From positions 1 to 37,405 of the IMG/VR virus record IMGVR_UViG_3300043442_000666: DNA of 37,405 nucleotides; one strand, written 5' to 3'. The notes under the pieces were generated by a model. The model made no database searches, was not told the DNA's origin, and worked only from the letters and a program-made list of their open reading frames with translations. This document shows positions 36,370-37,405 of the stretch, piece by piece; position 1 is the stretch's first letter; every line of letters starts with the position of its first letter. Origin of the DNA: a virus. Its lineage: Duplodnaviria > Caudoviricetes. The position numbers and the translations under genes were made by a program.

Positions 36370-36401
36370 TTACCGCGCGCAGGTAACGCAATCCGTTGGG
36401 C
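36277..36401 (+). repeat. attC site 2 (125 bp)
   Basis: GCCCAAC...ATG[C]ACCTG[A]CGTGC / GCGCGCAGGTAAC...GTTGGGC. Confidence 0.85.
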
Positions 36402-36434
36402 GGCTTCGCCCTAAACAGAAAGGTTAGGCAAATA

Positions 36435-36659
36435 ATGAATTTGCGTATCAGGTGTGCCTCGCACAATCAGGTTCTAAAAATATTTTCGTCTTATGATAGC
36501 AATGGCGAAACCATCATTGATGTTACGCCGTGTCCAGAGTGCGCCGCCCAACAAAACATGCACTTGACCATTGGGAGTCTGCGCTATTTACAAGAGACTC
36601 TTACGCCTCGGCAGTTATCGGCTCTCAAAGATTTATTTACCCCTCCCAATGGCAAGTAA
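36435..36659 (+). CDS. cassette 3 small zinc-ribbon protein
   Basis: ATG 36435, CASH...PCPEC motifs; TAA lies within L'. Confidence 0.65.
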   Translation: MNLRIRCASHNQVLKIFSSYDSNGETIIDVTPCPECAAQQNMHLTIGSLRYLQETLTPRQLSALKDLFTPPNGK

Positions 36660-36674
36660 TGCCAGCCGTTAGAT
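36546..36674 (+). repeat. attC site 3 (129 bp)
   Basis: GCCCAAC...ATG[C]ACTTG[A]CCATTGGGAG / CTCCCAATGGCAAGTAAT...GTTAGAT. Confidence 0.9.
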
Positions 36675-36691
36675 TGCTTCGTGAGGTGAAA

Positions 36692-36898
36692 ATGATTTGT
36701 GAAAAATGTTGGGCTGATGCTTACCGCCGTAGTTATGGCACAGGTAAATCGCAGTATGAATGTTATTTGGAGTTGTTAGAGGAGCGTAAAGATAATCCCT
36801 GCCCGACCGAAGCGCAATCTAACACAGCGTCCACCCGACTTGAAACGGGCGCGGCAAACGCTGACAGTCAATCTAACCCCGCCGTTTCAAGCGGGTAA
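36692..36898 (+). CDS. cassette 4 small Cys-containing protein
   Basis: GAGGTG RBS before ATG 36692 (MICEKCWADAY...); TAA lies within L'. Confidence 0.7.
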   Translation: MICEKCWADAYRRSYGTGKSQYECYLELLEERKDNPCPTEAQSNTASTRLETGAANADSQSNPAVSSG

Positions 36899-36913
36899 CG
36901 CAAACCGTTAGAC
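36817..36913 (+). repeat. attC site 4 (97 bp)
   Basis: ATCTAAC...GTC[C]ACCCG[A]CTTGAAACGG / CCGTTTCAAGCGGGTAAC...GTTAGAC. Confidence 0.9.
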
Positions 36914-36930
36914 CCCTTCGTGAGAATAGC

Positions 36931-37405
36931 ATGGAACTCGATAAAATAATCACAGGTGATAGCGCAGTAGTCTTGCAATCCTTTCCGCCCGATTGCATAG
37001 ACCTTACCGTCACATCCCCGCCTTACGATAATCTCCGAACCTATAACGGCTTTACTTTCGATTTTGAAACTATCGCCCGTCAGTTATTCAGGGTCACAAA
37101 GGCGGGCGGGGTTGTTGTGTGGGTAGTGGGAGACCAAACGAAAAACGGAAATGAAACGCTTACCAGTTTCAAGCAAGCAATTTATTTTCAGTCCGTTGGC
37201 TTCAATGTTGAAACGATGATTTACGAAAAGGCGCAAGCCTGTTTTGGAAGTAATCAGTTTTATTTGCAAGCCTTTGAATATATGTTTGTGTTCACGAAAG
37301 GAAAACCAAAAACAGCAAACTTCTTACGAGACAGAAAGAATAAGCGTTCAGGTGTTGAATCAATGGGCAAGCAAGGTCTACGCCCTGATGGTACTAAGGC
37401 AGAGC
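36931..37405 (+). CDS. cassette 5: DNA N4/N6 methyltransferase (beta class), truncated by window end
   Basis: Manual translation MELDKIITGDS...IDLTVTSPPYDNLRTY...LFRVTKAGGVVVWVVGD...FEYMFVF. Confidence 0.9.
   Translation, partial: MELDKIITGDSAVVLQSFPPDCIDLTVTSPPYDNLRTYNGFTFDFETIARQLFRVTKAGGVVVWVVGDQTKNGNETLTSFKQAIYFQSVGFNVETMIYEKAQACFGSNQFYLQAFEYMFVFTKGKPKTANFLRDRKNKRSGVESMGKQGLRPDGTKAE

Larger units (their letters stand above)
35857..37405 (+). mobile_element. integron-type gene cassette array (at least 5 cassettes, no intI in window)
   Basis: GTTRRRY core sites at 35857, 36122, 36395, 36668 and 36907, with four complete attC hairpins and one ORF per unit. Confidence 0.88.

Noticed and set aside
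36530-36691. N-terminal extension of the 122-aa ORF in the track
   Set aside because: It spans attC3 and overlaps cassette 3; the RBS supports a start at ATG 36692.
36038-36913. The spaced repeats read as a CRISPR array or REP elements
   Set aside because: Units are about 240-275 bp apart, differ internally, each holds an ORF with an RBS, and they follow attC architecture; no cas genes are present.
1-37405. tRNA/rRNA genes, reverse transcriptase/DGR, alternative genetic code
   Set aside because: None was recognised, and long genes are intact under the standard code with all three stop codons in use.

Overview
This window is a roughly 37 kb segment of a temperate, probably podovirus-like dsDNA phage genome, with no host housekeeping genes. 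Read right to left, the minus strand carries a Cro-led early/replication operon (phage Dam methylase, lambda-O-like initiator with iterons, Prim-Pol/DnaB-like helicase fusion, NinG-like nuclease). It then carries a lysis region and a head module (small and large terminase, portal, two probable ejection proteins, scaffold, major capsid, glycosyltransferase, methyltransferase, probable adaptor). The plus strand carries an accessory island of small genes (15.1-18.2 kb), a CI-like repressor, a large serine recombinase and a second early operon (Rad52-like SSAP, SSB, RHH protein). The main finding is that this second operon runs directly into an integron-type gene-cassette array (35857 to the window end). 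The array has four complete attC sites with the diagnostic extrahelical bases. Each cassette's R'' is the exact reverse complement of its own upstream R', a fifth cassette carries a DNA methyltransferase, and no integron integrase is present in the window. A second notable signal is a candidate programmed -1 frameshift (A-AAC-CCT plus a 10-bp stem) in a non-tail membrane-protein gene. All product calls come from motif recognition by eye; no database searches were run.
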